Assembly: GCF_018977255.1 (NCBI RefSeq)
Contig: NW_024704743.1
Span: 73,038,001-73,102,000 of the forward strand
DNA length: 64,000 nucleotides
Direction of reading: 5' to 3'
From: Callorhinchus milii
Taxonomy: Eukaryota
Made by a program: the position numbers and the translations under genes. Positions 61,271-64,000 of the stretch are shown one piece after another; positions within the stretch are counted from its first letter, which is position 1, and each line of letters opens with the position of its first letter. Below the pieces are notes generated by a model. That model was not told the DNA's origin. It saw only the letters and a program-made list of their open reading frames with translations, and searched no databases.

Positions 61271-64000
61271 ATGAAGCACAAGTCATGAGGGAAAACATTC
61301 CTGGGAACTTTCAGGCTATTTATTTTGAGATAGTTATCATTTCTTCCTTTGGAAGGGGAAGAGGGTGTACAAATATGAAATGAAATTTTGAATTGTCTAC
61401 CCACAATGATACATATAATAACCTTGTTTGATGGCTTGTGTAGGAAGAGATTGAATGATCTGCTCTCCCAACATCCTGTTCATTGATCTAAACTTCTCAA
61501 CTAGAGGTCTGCTATACCAGACTTCCCTCCTGAACGTAAAAGTCCTGATCTCTGTGGAATAATGTCATAGAATTACAGGCCTCTCATGCTGCCTTTTCTC
61601 CGAGGAGATTGATTAGTTAATGAGAATAAACTGGCCAATTTTTCAGCATTAAACCAGTTGGAGCAACAGCTTTTGCATTGATTCAACTTGAGGAGGTGGT
61701 CTCAGTTTTGAATTAGCTGGTGTATAAATGCAGCTGATGTGAAACAAACTCTTTTATGCTTTAAAAATTTGACGGCAATCCACCAGATTTACATTTCTAA
61801 AGAATTTAATCAGCATTTATTCTGGACAGCGGTTAACAAAGCTGTGTGAATGGACAGAGCTCCACTCTTCTAAGAAAAAAGAAAATGAGTCTAAAATGCA
61901 GGTTGAGCTAACAGCCCATGGGCTAACCATGTCCAAATGAATACATTTCATTTGCAGTAACCAATAAAAAGATCCCAGGATCATTTGAAATCCTTTGATT
62001 GGTGATTTATTATGTAATTAGGTAATGCCAGTACAGTATATGTTTGAACATGGTTTGCTCCTGGACTGTTAGTCTAACCACCCTAATGGTTAGAGACTAC
62101 TGATGCAGAGTTGACAGTGGAAAGTGCATTGCCATATTTTGCTACTTCTTAGCAGGGACATGAATCTCTCCCACTATAATAATTGTCTCTTTTGAGTTGC
62201 CTCATCTCTCCCACTTATGGGCATTAAAGAGTTATTTAATGTTAGAGGTGCATTTACCATCATTGCCAATTTGAAAACATACACAGAGAAATCTAATTTT
62301 GAAGTGAAATGACATTTTTGATAACTCACTGGAAGAGCCAAGGGCGGGCAGAGCAGTTTGAAAGCTGCCCGGTACTGCGTCTTTTTTAGCCTGACATCTT
62401 ACAAAGCAACATGTGGTACAGTCACAGATGCAGTGGGATCTTACTTGAATTGATCAGGAGAAGTGTGGTGAGACTTTTTTTTAGCAATGACGTGGACAAA
62501 GAATTAAATGACGTGAACCCTAAGATAAATTAAAATAGTACCTAGAAGGACGATTCTAAATAATAATGAAAAGCCATAACACTTATTTTGCACTGCAGTG
62601 TTTTTTTTAAGAAAAAGGGCTGGAAGTTTGACTAACAAATTTAGTAGGTCTCACATGAGCACAGGACATATTAATCCTGATACATAGTCACAATGGGGTA
62701 TTTTCACATTTGTTGCAATATCATTCAATTCATCAGTTTTAAATTTAGTGACACATGTCACCTTCTCCTGGACTTGTGAGTCTTGTATTGACTTGCTACA
62801 ATGTAAGTTATGCTTATGGAGCTATGGAAAGCCTCTCAAATGTGGTTTCATAATAATCAACAGAAACGATCAAATGCTTGTTCGTGACAACACTCGTAGC
62901 TCCAGGTCTCATATGGTAAGAACAGTAACTAGTTCAGTGTCCTGGGTAATGTATACATCGGTATCTGCTAATACTTACACACTCGTGTCCCTTCCCTCTG
63001 CTCCTTAATGAAAGAGAACGTAAGAGCTGTGCCCAACAGTCCCTTTGGTTTCCAAAGAGAAATATTTCATTATTTCATTGAAATTTACCTGGAGTCAGTT
63101 TTTGTGTTTTTTCTCTGCACATCTTTTTTTTGGAGTGGCTAACAGAATTGGTTACCTTCCCTCCAACTCCTAAAGGCTGATTGATAGAAATTTGAATATA
63201 CTATATATATATATTATTCCCTCTACTACTGTTATTGTTTGTAGTGGTAAAAGCCCAAATTGTTAAAGAAGGTTTTATTTTTGAATTTGCAGTTAATCTC
63301 CAGTGATATAGTACAAACCTTGAATTTGTTTTTATTAATTGCTTACCCAGCTGCAAACATTTTTCATGTTGATTGTTGCTTCCGTTTTACCAGAATTAAA
63401 TATTTTAGCCAGCTGTTGCGCTCTTGAAGTTCTCAATAGTGATGCTCCAATAAACTAATCCACAAAATAGGTTTTCATTTGTGCTTTTGCAGGCGGGATG
63501 CAGCCTGTTTTTTTTTAAGAAGCATTTTACTCTTAATGCAGTATAAAATAACTAAAGTGACAAAAATGAAAATAGGAATCAGTAATTTTATCAATTACTT
63601 TTGTGGCAATCATGGATGAGAAAAGGGCCTTTGGTCCACAGATTTTCATCTCTCCATTTCTCTAACATATGCAAATTACATCTATTAATCAGCTTCATTT
63701 TTAAACATCCCCCATGTATTTATCACTTTTTGAGACTATCTTTGTACTACATGTCTCTTTTTTTACTGTTTAAAATCTATCTCCTGTTCATTCTTTCTTG
63801 GCTCAATTTGAAGTAATCTGGTTTAATCCTATCAGTAATTTTAATGTTTGATGTATCTCAATCCCTTCACAACTCAACTGCCTTCTTTCCAGACGTGGAA
63901 CAAAAACTTTCCACCATTCTGATCCTAAATCACTCTTTATATTTCAATGTAATTTTCTTGCGGGTCAGTTTTTTTCTTTTCTCTACACACGTTTTTGTGG

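Noticed and set aside
62748..63020. Possible exon of the gene downstream of the CpG island
   Set aside because: The AG/GT-bounded 52-nt segment (about 62864-62915) has a stop in the frame continuing the candidate first exon, and the other frames give no recognisable protein.

Overview
Vertebrate genomic DNA, most likely a cartilaginous fish and possibly a chimaera (inferred from the repeat content: CR1 and L2 LINEs, tRNA/Deu-domain SINEs, Penelope). The only protein-coding genes I can support are two intact, tandem, minus-strand STEAP4-like metalloreductase genes. Copy A CDS is join(23514..23074, 22749..22222, 20839..20672, 18308..18063), 460 aa. Copy B CDS is join(42341..41901, 41116..40589, 39917..39753, 37790..37521), 467 aa. 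The most striking signal is their patchwork similarity. The cytosolic NADPH-oxidoreductase exon with its flanking intron and the intracellular/FAD-heme parts of exon 3 are 97-100% identical. The extracellular loops, exons 4-5 and most intron sequence are strongly diverged. This suggests gene conversion homogenising the electron-input module while the substrate-facing surface diversifies. Other features: a mosaic local segmental duplication at 2-12 kb, one copy of which carries a young L2 insertion; a Penelope 3' fragment with a hammerhead-ribozyme motif; several foldback MITEs; and a CpG-island promoter near 58.8 kb. That promoter is flanked by a SINE with a one-directional AT->GC substitution pattern and by a C-rich (G4-prone) minisatellite. 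Repeat boundaries are approximate and were read by eye; no searches were run.
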